A stretch of 64,000 nt of DNA from an uncultured Lachnospiraceae bacterium (GTDB lineage: Bacteria; Bacillota; Clostridia; Lachnospirales; Lachnospiraceae): contig CANQRR010000005.1 of the NCBI GenBank assembly GCA_947626285.1, forward strand, positions 15,256 to 79,255. The letters run 5' to 3'. Below, in pieces: positions 41,630 through 50,535 of the stretch; positions within the stretch are counted from its first letter, which is position 1; each line of letters opens with the position of its first letter. Position numbers and translations under genes: made by a program. Under the pieces are notes generated by a model. That model was given only the letters and a program-made list of their open reading frames with translations, made no database searches and was not told the origin of the DNA.

Positions 41630-42385
41630 TCATCGCAGCAAAATCTGCAGGAAAATCGCCGTCAGATTGCTTCCCATATGGAATAGTACCGGGAAAATGA
41701 ACAATTTCCCGTGCTCGTAGATCAGCGCCAGCACGATTGCAAGAGGAAACGCGAAGATCATCTGGATCGGATTTCCGTGGTATACGGCAAACAGAAGCGC
41801 TGACAGGACGGCTGACATCCATACGGGAAAAAACTGCCGCATCCTCCGGTAGGTCAGCCCCCGGAAGATCAGCTCCTCCGCGATCGGAGCCGCGATCCCT
41901 AACCCAACGATCTGCAAAAGCAGACTCGTCGCAAGCAGCTGCTCCTGCACCTGGTTGGAAAAATGTTCCTGTAACTGCAGCAGATTCAGCACGCTGCTCC
42001 AGGCGATGTTGAGCGCGCCTCCGCCGATGAAGCAGATCGCGCCAAACAACACCTGTCGTCGCGTCAGCCTTGACCTGGTGTCAGCCTCCGATTCGCAGTC
42101 TTTTCTTTCCGGCAGGGACTGCATTCCCGGCACAGCTCTCCTTCCGGACACGGCTTCCTTTTCGGATCTGCCTGTCTCGGACAAAACTGCCCTCCGGCTG
42201 TCTCTCCAATGCATCCATGCCGCGATCGGGAGTACAAGCAGATTGCCGATCAACACCACAAGCGCCGCGTCGTACGGCAATCCGTACTGGTCTGCGCACA
42301 GGCGGAGCACAAAGGCCACCGCCAGTGCAACCGTCTGATGTAGAAGCAGCGGCGTCAACAGCGAAACGAGTTTCCGTGCGCTCAC
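41630..42385 (-). CDS. CPBP (CAAX/Abi) family intramembrane metalloprotease
   Basis: EELIFRG, FAVYH and FHMGSN motifs; GTG start at 42385 behind GAGGAGG; own TTGCGT-17-TACAAT promoter (42436-42464). Confidence 0.9.
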   Translation of the reverse strand: MSARKLVSLLTPLLLHQTVALAVAFVLRLCADQYGLPYDAALVVLIGNLLVLPIAAWMHWRDSRRAVLSETGRSEKEAVSGRRAVPGMQSLPERKDCESEADTRSRLTRRQVLFGAICFIGGGALNIAWSSVLNLLQLQEHFSNQVQEQLLATSLLLQIVGLGIAAPIAEELIFRGLTYRRMRQFFPVWMSAVLSALLFAVYHGNPIQMIFAFPLAIVLALIYEHGKLFIFPVLFHMGSNLTAIFLQILLR

Positions 42386-42504
42386 CTGCGTATCCTCCTC
42401 TCCACATTTCTCTCTCATTACAAAGTAACAGCCCAATTGTATCAGATTGGATCATCTGACGCAACCGGGCTGATAGAAATTCCCTTTGTCTTTTCAGCTT
42501 TCTG

Positions 42505-43644
42505 TTATTCGTTTCCCTCAATCAGCGGGACGTCAGCCCCCGCGATGCTCCACGCGCCGTCGCGGTATGCCAGCAAAAACGTTGCGGTCAAATCATCGGA
42601 GCGGGAATCCCGCTTCGTCTCCTGAATCGGAGTGCCGTCCTCCTGCGTCTCCTCCGTGTCCGCCGTGACATCCTCGCGCAGCAGATAGTGGTAGCCAAGC
42701 GTCATCTCTACGGTGATCGCGCCGTCCTCTCCCTCCGTAAAGACCGGATTCCCGTACTGCGGCGCAAACCTGGAGACCGCCACGCTCTGGAACACCCGGT
42801 TTTCCTGATGGAAGGCGCCCCCCTGACTCTTCACGAAGCTCTCCGCCTGCTCCTTGCACGCGTCGAACACAGTGAGCTCACCCGCATCTTCCTTCACCGC
42901 AGCCGCATAGAGCTGTTTGAGCGCCGTGATTCCAAGCTCCAGGCACTCGTCCTGCGCGGATCTTTTCAGGATCATCTGCGCGCTGTAATCCTGATTTCCG
43001 TCATTCGTGTCCAGCGTCGTGTTCACGGACTCAAGCGCCGGATGACGGATCACCAGGCTCTTTCGCCCCGGCAGCATGCTCGGGATCCGATAGCGGTCAA
43101 AGGAAGCCGGTACGCCGTCCCGCGTGATCCACGACGCGTCCGCCGGCTGGTTGTCCAGATAGACCTGCGCCCCTGCCGGCACCGTGATCTCAAGATCCTT
43201 CACCATGCAATGTCCGGAGAGCACCTTCCACTGGTCAAAGACCCCGAATGCCGCCTTCGCCTGCTTCTTTACCGTAAGCTCCTCGGCAAACTGCACGGCG
43301 TCCTCCGCATCCTTAAACTCCGCGTGGAAATCTACATACTCATTTCCATTGTCGTCCGTGCGCTTCGTCACCTCTTCGACCGTATAGGCCGCGCACAGAC
43401 CATACTGCCTGCCCTGCAGCGCCTCCGCGAACTCTTCCGCAGTCATCGAATCCTCCTCCGACTGATCCAGCAGTTCAAAAGCCTTCTCACTGTCGTCTTC
43501 CAACAGGAGCGACAGATAACGGTCTATGATATAGTCGGGCGCGCTGCGCTGATAAGTCCTGAATCCAACCGCTCCTCCGGCCGCCAATGCGACGACCAGA
43601 CAGAACAGGATCAATTTCAATAACACCCTCATAAACGCTTTCAT
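42505..43644 (-). CDS. Membrane-anchored hypothetical protein, TcaA-like (NTF2-like / beta-sandwich / NTF2-like)
   Basis: One N-terminal TM helix, acidic extracellular part ending in WKV and WSI strands, central ITVPAGAQVYLD segment; the fold assignment is by resemblance only. Confidence 0.6.
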   Translation of the reverse strand: MKAFMRVLLKLILFCLVVALAAGGAVGFRTYQRSAPDYIIDRYLSLLLEDDSEKAFELLDQSEEDSMTAEEFAEALQGRQYGLCAAYTVEEVTKRTDDNGNEYVDFHAEFKDAEDAVQFAEELTVKKQAKAAFGVFDQWKVLSGHCMVKDLEITVPAGAQVYLDNQPADASWITRDGVPASFDRYRIPSMLPGRKSLVIRHPALESVNTTLDTNDGNQDYSAQMILKRSAQDECLELGITALKQLYAAAVKEDAGELTVFDACKEQAESFVKSQGGAFHQENRVFQSVAVSRFAPQYGNPVFTEGEDGAITVEMTLGYHYLLREDVTADTEETQEDGTPIQETKRDSRSDDLTATFLLAYRDGAWSIAGADVPLIEGNE

Positions 43645-43659
43645 GTCCTATCCCCTCCT

Positions 43660-44601
43660 TTAATATCCGCCCAGAGCGGCTTCGTAGTTCATGATGACAT
43701 TGAGGTTGGCCTCCTCGTAGTCATTCAGATAATAGAACATGTTCGCGTCAAATTCCTCCGGAGAGTAGGTCGGAACATACCAGGATTTCTGGCTGAAATA
43801 ATCGCGCAGATCCTGTGAATCGAAAATGCGTCCGTGCAGCGCAAAGATCTCATTCCGGATCAGGCGGAGCTGTCCCAGGTCGTAATTGTAAAGCTCCTCC
43901 TCCCCGATGTATCGGCTGCTGATTCCCTGGATGATCACATCGTCGGGTGTCGACGCGGAGCCACCCCCGCCGTTATCGCTGACACTGATGTTGTCCCCGC
44001 TCCCACCATCGTAGGAATAGCTGCCGTTTCCGGGATCCTGTATCTCGATCGGCTGCTCGTAGGAGCCGTCGCTGTAGCCCTCGTCGCCGTAGCTGCCATC
44101 GCTATAATTTCCATCGCCCGAAGAATAGCCTCCCTCCCCGGAACCGTCGCCGGAAAAACTTCCGTCCCCGGAGCCATTGCCAGAAAGACTGCTATTTCCG
44201 AAACCGTCGTCGATAGCTATGTCAGCGGAGCCGTCGTTCAAAGATCCCTCCCCGTTTTCCGGCGCATTCTCTTCCCCGGTCTCGCCTTCTTCCGAAGTCT
44301 CGCTCTCCGTCTGCTTCTGCTGCGGCACCTCGGACTCTACCCCTTTAATGACATTCCCGGATGCCGTCACCGTAAACGGATCCGTCTCAAAGACACGGTC
44401 TCCACCGGCTTCCGGCGCAAGCGTCTCAGCCGTATCGGTATCCGCCTCCTGCTGCGTCTCCTTCTCATCCGGCTTCAGCAGCAGCGACGCCAGATCCTTC
44501 GTCATGACAGCGTCCGCGGTAAAAAAGGATACGACTGCTGCCAACAGACAGCCGACAATAAATCCGCTGTTCCGTTTCAGAACATTCTTTTTCTTTTTCA
44601 T
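43660..44601 (-). CDS. YARHG-domain exported protein
   Basis: N-terminal TM or signal segment, G/S/D/Y-rich linker, LIRNEIFALHGRIF..DLRDYFSQKSWY (YARHG); own TGGACT-17-TATGAT promoter. Confidence 0.88.
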   Translation of the reverse strand: MKKKKNVLKRNSGFIVGCLLAAVVSFFTADAVMTKDLASLLLKPDEKETQQEADTDTAETLAPEAGGDRVFETDPFTVTASGNVIKGVESEVPQQKQTESETSEEGETGEENAPENGEGSLNDGSADIAIDDGFGNSSLSGNGSGDGSFSGDGSGEGGYSSGDGNYSDGSYGDEGYSDGSYEQPIEIQDPGNGSYSYDGGSGDNISVSDNGGGGSASTPDDVIIQGISSRYIGEEELYNYDLGQLRLIRNEIFALHGRIFDSQDLRDYFSQKSWYVPTYSPEEFDANMFYYLNDYEEANLNVIMNYEAALGGY

Positions 44602-44664
44602 TATTTATACTCACCCCTTCAGGGGGCATCATACCACAGCTGTCGAAAAAAGTCCATGAAAAGT

Positions 44665-47451
44665 CTACTTTTTCTTCCGAACCCCCGTCGTAGCGCATGC
44701 AAGCGTAGTAGCCGCAAACATGACCAGTCCAAGGATCAGAAGGATCATTCCCTCCATCCGCGCCCCGGCGGCACGCAGCCCGACAGAACGCGTCCCGACC
44801 GCCCCGCTGTCCGCCGTCCCGGATGCCGCGCCCAGATCCGCCATGCGCTTTTCCTGCACGCCGGACGGCTCTGCCTTTACCCCGGTACTGGCCTTTTCCA
44901 CCTGCGCCGCTTCTTCTGCTTTGGGAAGCTCCGGCTTTTCCGCTTCCTGCTGCGCCTTTTCTCTGGCGCTCGGCCTGGTCTTCACATATTCCGGCACGTC
45001 CTTCGTCTGCGGCGAAAGAAAGACCGGCAGTTCCTCCGTCCAATACTCGTTTCCCGCCATATCGCTCAGATAGACCTGCAGGGTCTGCCAGTCCTTCGAC
45101 GCTTTCAACGGGATCGCAATGGTCTGATCAGAGAGCTTGTCACCCTCCTTTTCCATCAAAAGCTCGCTGTCAAGATATACCCGGACTGTTTTCAGTTCAA
45201 TGTTGTCATACGGCGTCAAGCGCGCCGTGAGTTCCTCCGCCTTGTAGATCTTCTGCTCGATTCCCGTCAGCGTACAGCCGGGATCGGTCCAGTCAAGCGC
45301 AAAGACCACCCGTTTTTCCTGCATTCCGGTATCGCTTTTATTTTCCGCCGAATCCTCCGAGGTCAACAAAAGCTCATAGACTCCCTCCTTCGAAAAATAT
45401 TCGGCGGGAACCGTGTAGCGGTACTGTTTCCAGGAATCCCTGCTTCCCTCCATCGTGACCTGGTAATCCTGTCCCCGCTTCAGCTCGGTCAGCGCCCCAT
45501 CCCGCCTGCAGAAAATGCGCGATTCCCCGACATAGTCAATGTTTGTCTCATAGAACGTCACATCCTCCGCCTTTGACAGAAAATACTGTTTCAGGTTCTC
45601 CCGTGTCGACTGGTCCAGATCGTACACAGAACCAAAGCGGTTGACCGAAAATTCCAGCGTCTTTTCCGCGGCGTTGCCTGCCAGATCCTCCGCCCGCACC
45701 TGCAGCCGGTACACATCGTCGAATTCCTTCTGCTGCGGAACATTGAAATACTCCAGCGTGACCCCCTCCCCGGTTTCCTTTCTATCGTTCATCGCCGGCG
45801 ATTTCCCGCTATTGAGTCCCACCAGCGACATCTGCGCGGAACCGCTCTTGTAATGCGCGTCTTTCACGGCGACGCGCACCTTGACCTCCCCGGAGTTTGC
45901 GGTCTGATCGCCCACGCCCTCGATCGTCACCTCCGGCGGTCTGCGGTCGATGCAGACTGGGCTGCTCTGGGCAAACGCCAGATTCCCCACCTGATCCTCC
46001 GTCCGGACGAACACGCGAAATGTGCCCTCTTCACGCAAGGTGATCTGCTCCCCGTTCTTGCAGACTGTCCAGGCCGCCGTCTCCGGGTTCCCCTGCAGCG
46101 CCCCGTCCGGACCGCATGGAATCACCGCGTAGGCGGCGCTCTTTAGACCGCTCTTTCCGTCCGGGCCGATCGTCATAGACACTTCGGAAGACTGCGCCGC
46201 GTAGACCATGCCATTTTCAGACGTCCCGGAGACCGCAATCTCCGCCTGCGGAGCTTCTCCATCCACATAGTACGCCTCCCTGCTGAGTGCCGATTCCCGG
46301 ACAATCCGGCTGTCCGCGTCCACCTTTTTCAGGCTGAACACCAACTTACCGTCCTCTCTCAGGTCGTATTTTCCCGTACCCTCGCTGTAATCTCCGCCTC
46401 CGGACACGCGCACATAGAGATTGGTCCCCGGACGGACCCAGAGTCTGTCCTGTGCGTCGCGGAACCATGCGCCCGGATCTCCCTCGATCTCATAATGTTT
46501 CCCGCGTTGGACCTCCTCCGGGACATACTCCGTCTCCTGCGGCAGTGTTTCCGGCTCAACCGGCTCAATCGGCTCAACCGGTTCTTCCGGCTCCGTCGAT
46601 TCAGCCGGCTCCGCTGTCTCGGCTGTCCCGGTCTGTTCCGTTGCTTCAGTCGCTTCCGTTGTCTCAGTCGCTTCCGTTGCCTCAGTCGCTTCCGTCGTCT
46701 CAGTCGATTCCACTGATTCAGTCGTTTCCATCGACTCGATCTCTTCTGTCGGCTCTGACGTTTCCATCTGCCCCGGCATCTCTGTTTGTACAAGCGTCTC
46801 TGTCTGCTCCGTGAGCTCTGTCTGTTCTGACGTCTCGATCTGTCCCACAGGCTCTGTCTGTGCACTTGTCTCTGCTTGCTCTGTGGACTCTGTCTGCACG
46901 GTCGTTTCTGCCGGTTCCACAGATTCTGTCTGTGCGCCTTTCTCCGTCTGCTCCGTGGGTTCTGTCTGCGCGGCCGTCTCCGACTGCCCCAGTGTTCCTG
47001 TCTCTATTTCGCCCTCATTTCCCGTCTCGGTCTCGCTCTCTGTCTCCGTTTCGTTCTCACTCTCTGTCCCGGTCTCACTCTCGCTTTCCGTCCCTGTTTC
47101 GCTTTCCGTCTCCGTTTCACTCTCACTCTCCGCCTCTGTCTCTCCCTCCTCCGGCGGTCTCTGCGATATGTCCCCTGCTTCTACAACTCCGGTCTCCAAT
47201 ATCTCCATCTTCTCCGCATCAGCTCCCGCACTATCTGCTATCACAGGGAGCTGTTCAAACTCTGTTTCACCCGGAAGGCTCCCTGCAAGTCCCGCCGTCC
47301 CAACCGCCATCACACAGATCACCAGAACCAGACTGCAGGCAAGATACCTGCCTCCGGTCGTCTTTCGGGCATACCTTTTTACGTCGCACACTTTCCCCTG
47401 CACCTTCCCGGCTGCCGCCCTGCGTCTCGTTTCGTTTTTCCTTTTCTTCAT
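44665..47451 (-). CDS. Large acidic surface protein with E/T-rich repeats, Ig-like repeat domains and a C-terminal membrane anchor
   Basis: Signal-like N-terminus; VRTEDQVGN, VRAEDLAGN, SEDSAEN and LSDMAGN Ig-repeat signatures; C-terminal TM helix followed by RKKK; probable start at 47451. Confidence 0.8.
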   Translation of the reverse strand: MKKRKNETRRRAAAGKVQGKVCDVKRYARKTTGGRYLACSLVLVICVMAVGTAGLAGSLPGETEFEQLPVIADSAGADAEKMEILETGVVEAGDISQRPPEEGETEAESESETETESETGTESESETGTESENETETESETETGNEGEIETGTLGQSETAAQTEPTEQTEKGAQTESVEPAETTVQTESTEQAETSAQTEPVGQIETSEQTELTEQTETLVQTEMPGQMETSEPTEEIESMETTESVESTETTEATEATEATETTEATEATEQTGTAETAEPAESTEPEEPVEPIEPVEPETLPQETEYVPEEVQRGKHYEIEGDPGAWFRDAQDRLWVRPGTNLYVRVSGGGDYSEGTGKYDLREDGKLVFSLKKVDADSRIVRESALSREAYYVDGEAPQAEIAVSGTSENGMVYAAQSSEVSMTIGPDGKSGLKSAAYAVIPCGPDGALQGNPETAAWTVCKNGEQITLREEGTFRVFVRTEDQVGNLAFAQSSPVCIDRRPPEVTIEGVGDQTANSGEVKVRVAVKDAHYKSGSAQMSLVGLNSGKSPAMNDRKETGEGVTLEYFNVPQQKEFDDVYRLQVRAEDLAGNAAEKTLEFSVNRFGSVYDLDQSTRENLKQYFLSKAEDVTFYETNIDYVGESRIFCRRDGALTELKRGQDYQVTMEGSRDSWKQYRYTVPAEYFSKEGVYELLLTSEDSAENKSDTGMQEKRVVFALDWTDPGCTLTGIEQKIYKAEELTARLTPYDNIELKTVRVYLDSELLMEKEGDKLSDQTIAIPLKASKDWQTLQVYLSDMAGNEYWTEELPVFLSPQTKDVPEYVKTRPSAREKAQQEAEKPELPKAEEAAQVEKASTGVKAEPSGVQEKRMADLGAASGTADSGAVGTRSVGLRAAGARMEGMILLILGLVMFAATTLACATTGVRKKK
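46545..47150. repeat. Coding low-complexity tandem repeats (EPV/EPI, TEA, 12-aa TEQTE-type, ETES)
   Basis: 18-bp units like CTCAGTCGCTTCCGTTGC at about 46645-46730, degenerate 36-bp units at about 46750-46980, and 6/12/18-bp ETES units at about 47030-47140. Confidence 0.85.
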
Positions 47452-47458
47452 CAAAAAC

Positions 47459-49255
47459 CTATCCCCTTTCTCCTGCAAATATCCGCTCCACCGCCTCCCC
47501 GGCGACCTCACACTGTTCCCGGCACGAAACGACAATCTCTCCCTCCGCGCTGTTCTCCTGCGTAAAATTTTTAATCGACTCCAGCATCTCATTCATCTGC
47601 CGCATATCGATTCCCTCCTTGTCTAACTCATGGGCGTGCATGATCAGAATCGACAGCAATTCGCCCGCGACCTCGCACTGCACCCGGATCGGCTCCCGCC
47701 GAAGCCCATCCAGGCTCCACAGTTCGCTTAAATCTTTCCAGTATACGCCGATGCCCGCCTGCTGTTTTCCGTCCATGTCCTGCTTTCCCAGTGTTTCGTA
47801 GTAAGCGCCGATCCGCAGATAGATCTTCGCCGCCTGCAGCCAGAGCCAGGCATCCGCCTGCGTTTCCTCACCCATCTCTCTGGAGCCATTTCCCGACACT
47901 TTGACTTCCCCGCCTATCCCCTTGGAACCATTTCCCGACGCTTCGGCTTCCCCATCCGTCCCTTCAGCTATGCTTTTCTCCTCTTCCACTGCCTCGACGG
48001 ACCGCTCGAACCAACGGGCTGCCGCGTTCTTTCCTCCCGCTCCCTCATAGAAATACCAATACAGAAGCCCAACCCGGTACGCCAGCTCGCCATACTTCGG
48101 GGATGATTTCGCCAACAGCTCCTCCACTGTGACGGCACTCCCCTCCGGCGATGAAAACATCAGGTGCTTCAGAGAAGCCTCCTCCTGCGCATTGAAGGAA
48201 TAATCCGCTTCGATCCGGTCAAGAAAGGACTCGCACCAGACGCTGTCTCCCGGGCAGAGCGCGGCGGCTTCCTCGTAGCACAGAACAGCCTGCGCAAACC
48301 CAAGCCCTTTCGCCTCGTCCAGACGGGCCTCGTACTTCTCAGCCCTTCCATCCGTCATTGCAATGCTCGGACTTTCCCAGCGCAGGGTTGACGCGGAAAA
48401 GAGAAGAACCATGAGAAGAAACATCGCGGCAAGCCCGCTTTTGCGCCTTGCGCTGCGCGCGGCATACCGCCGCTCGATCTTTTGGACACTTTTGCACAGG
48501 GCGCATGTGTCCGGAAAACGACTTTCCCTGTCTTCCGCAAGGCAACGCCGGAGCAGCGGAGCGATCAGCCTTCGCCAACGGATCCTGTCCGACTGCATCC
48601 TCCTTGCGCAAACGTCCACCGACCGCGGCGTCTCCATGTACAGGCAATAGTAGAGCACCGCGCCAAAGCCGTAAAAGTCCGTCCGGCAGTCCAGCACGGC
48701 TCCCGAAATCCTCTGCTCCGGCGCGGCAAAGCCCGGCGTCCCGAAACAGGGTTCGTTCTTTCCTGCCGAGTGTTCCCGGACCGCCGCACCGAAGTCAAGC
48801 AGTACAAGCCTTCCGCCCGGCCGCAGCATGATGTTCGGCGGCTTGATATCCAAGTGAAGAATCGGCGGTTTTCTCGTGTGCAGGTACTGCAGGACATCCG
48901 CAAGCTGGCGCGCGGCGGAGAAAAACTCCTCCGGTCCTATTCCGGAGCGCAGGCAATCGGACAGCGGCTTTCCGTTTATAAACTCCATGATCAGCCACAC
49001 TGCCCCGCAGTCCTCAATCAGGTCGAATATCTGCGGCAATGCCGGATGCTTCAGGCGCTTCATCAGGTCCAGCTCGCGCATCCGCCGCTCCGGCGCGTCT
49101 GTCTTCAGCCTCTTCGCGGCGCGGAACTGTTCCGTCGGGACATGCCGTACCAGATACACGGTGCCGTCCCCGCCGGATCCCAGCCTTCTTATGATTTGAT
49201 AATCGCGGCCGATCCGTTGCCCGGCCTCCTGATACCTCCCTTCTGTCAGTCCCAT
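47459..49255 (-). CDS. Second Hanks-type Ser/Thr protein kinase with a TM helix and a helical (TPR-like) extracellular domain
   Basis: LGSGGDG, AAK, HLDIKPPN, DFG and GTPGFAAPE motifs; TM at GLAAMFLLMVLLF; ATG at 49255 behind AAGGAGGG. Confidence 0.88.
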   Translation of the reverse strand: MGLTEGRYQEAGQRIGRDYQIIRRLGSGGDGTVYLVRHVPTEQFRAAKRLKTDAPERRMRELDLMKRLKHPALPQIFDLIEDCGAVWLIMEFINGKPLSDCLRSGIGPEEFFSAARQLADVLQYLHTRKPPILHLDIKPPNIMLRPGGRLVLLDFGAAVREHSAGKNEPCFGTPGFAAPEQRISGAVLDCRTDFYGFGAVLYYCLYMETPRSVDVCARRMQSDRIRWRRLIAPLLRRCLAEDRESRFPDTCALCKSVQKIERRYAARSARRKSGLAAMFLLMVLLFSASTLRWESPSIAMTDGRAEKYEARLDEAKGLGFAQAVLCYEEAAALCPGDSVWCESFLDRIEADYSFNAQEEASLKHLMFSSPEGSAVTVEELLAKSSPKYGELAYRVGLLYWYFYEGAGGKNAAARWFERSVEAVEEEKSIAEGTDGEAEASGNGSKGIGGEVKVSGNGSREMGEETQADAWLWLQAAKIYLRIGAYYETLGKQDMDGKQQAGIGVYWKDLSELWSLDGLRREPIRVQCEVAGELLSILIMHAHELDKEGIDMRQMNEMLESIKNFTQENSAEGEIVVSCREQCEVAGEAVERIFAGERG

Positions 49256-49530
49256 CCCTCCTTTCCTTTTTCGTTCTGTTCGGTTGCGCGCAGAGCGCCG
49301 CAGACTTATTCTGCGCGAACCGAACAGCAGACAAAATAAATTCCTGTCGGCGTTACTCCGTTTTCTCTGGTGTAAGGTGAATGATGGGCGAAGTGCCCGG
49401 ACGGGAGCTCCCTCCTGCCAGAAAGCATCCCTTGTAAGATTGTTAAACTGAGACACGCATGTAGTGTAATGCGTGTCTCATATAATTTGTAGTGATATTA
49501 TCGCTTATTTTAGAAAAAATGTCAAGCGAT
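49256..49530 (-). promoter_or_regulatory. Promoter and ~235-nt structured 5' leader of the kinase operon
   Basis: TTGACA (49520-49525)-17-GATAAT (49497-49502); perfect 12-bp hairpin at 49449-49480; long hairpin at about 49276-49326. Confidence 0.6.
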
Positions 49531-49566
49531 TTTTTGAAAAGATATGAACTTTTTTGTCGAAGAGCC

Positions 49567-50475
49567 CTACGGCTCATCCTCCTTTTGGAGAAAATACGCG
49601 TCAACGCCGTCCGCGATTCCTTCCGCCATGCGCTCCTGTACCTCTGGATCCGCCATGCGCAGATCGTCCGACTCGTTCGTCATAAACCCCATCTCAAGGA
49701 TCATGACCGGCAGTCTGCTCCAGTTGATCCCGGTCATATCATCATAATACTGAACGCCAAGCGACGTAAACTCCACCTTCTCACAGTATGCGTTCAAAAT
49801 GCAGTCTGCAAGCGTATAGGACTCCTCAGCCAGATCTCCCACATAGGGGTTTTGTGGGGAAGGAACCATCGCCAGCGCCCCGCTCACGCTGGAGTCATCC
49901 AGACCATTCGCATGGATTCGCAGGAAAATATCCCCGCCCTCCTCGTACGCCAGCTGCGCCCGCTCCGCGTTGCTGATCGCGGTGTCATTGTCCTCCCTTG
50001 TCATGACGACCTCATAGCCGCGCTCCTCCAACTCGTCGCGCAGCAAAAGTGAGATCGTGAGATCCAGCTCATATTCCGGCACGCCGGTAAAGCGTCCCTG
50101 CGTGCCGGTCGCCGCCTTTGCCTTCATCTCAGAGGAACCCGGGCCAAGCGGCTCCGTGCCGCTCATATCGACGTTGCTCCCCTGATGGCCCGGATCGATC
50201 GCCACCGTCCACTTCTTCCCGTTCTCCGGCTCCGTCTCAGATTCCGGCTTCGTCTCATGCTCAGTTTCCGTCCGCGCCTTCTCCGAATCCGGCATTTTCG
50301 TCTCCGCCGATATCGCCTCTGCTTCCTGTGTCTCAGTTTCCGCCTGCATCTTCAGTGTCTCCTGCGTCTCCCCAGACTCCGCTTTCAGGCATAGTCCCTG
50401 GGGCAGTGCAAAAAGAGACAGCGCCAGAATACAACCTGCCGCTATCCGCCCGGTTTTCCTTTGTCCTCTTTTCAT
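49567..50475 (-). CDS. N-acetylmuramoyl-L-alanine amidase (Amidase_3)
   Basis: Signal peptide, E/T-rich linker, IDPGHQG, EYEL, RIHAN and ILEMGFMTN motifs. Confidence 0.92.
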   Translation of the reverse strand: MKRGQRKTGRIAAGCILALSLFALPQGLCLKAESGETQETLKMQAETETQEAEAISAETKMPDSEKARTETEHETKPESETEPENGKKWTVAIDPGHQGSNVDMSGTEPLGPGSSEMKAKAATGTQGRFTGVPEYELDLTISLLLRDELEERGYEVVMTREDNDTAISNAERAQLAYEEGGDIFLRIHANGLDDSSVSGALAMVPSPQNPYVGDLAEESYTLADCILNAYCEKVEFTSLGVQYYDDMTGINWSRLPVMILEMGFMTNESDDLRMADPEVQERMAEGIADGVDAYFLQKEDEP

Positions 50476-50535
50476 TTCTGCTCCCCTTTTTCTTTCGCTG
50501 ACATGCAGTCTTCCGCTTTGCCGGCAAAGAGACGC

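Noticed and set aside
46545-47150. Regular repeats as a possible CRISPR-like or non-coding array
   Set aside because: They are in-frame coding repeats with no unique spacers.
49318-49433. 40-codon minus-strand ORF (MLSGRRELPS..) inside the kinase leader
   Set aside because: No properly spaced RBS and no recognisable features.
49330-49440. GGGCACUU and GGAG motifs reminiscent of a c-di-GMP-II riboswitch, and a weak SAM-I-like 5' segment
   Set aside because: The pairing partner (GUGCAACC at the right spacing) and the other core motifs are missing; kept only as an unclassified leader.
49449-49480. 32-bp palindrome as a possible CRISPR repeat or IS200/IS605 end
   Set aside because: It is a single copy, with no spacer array, cas gene or transposase in the window.
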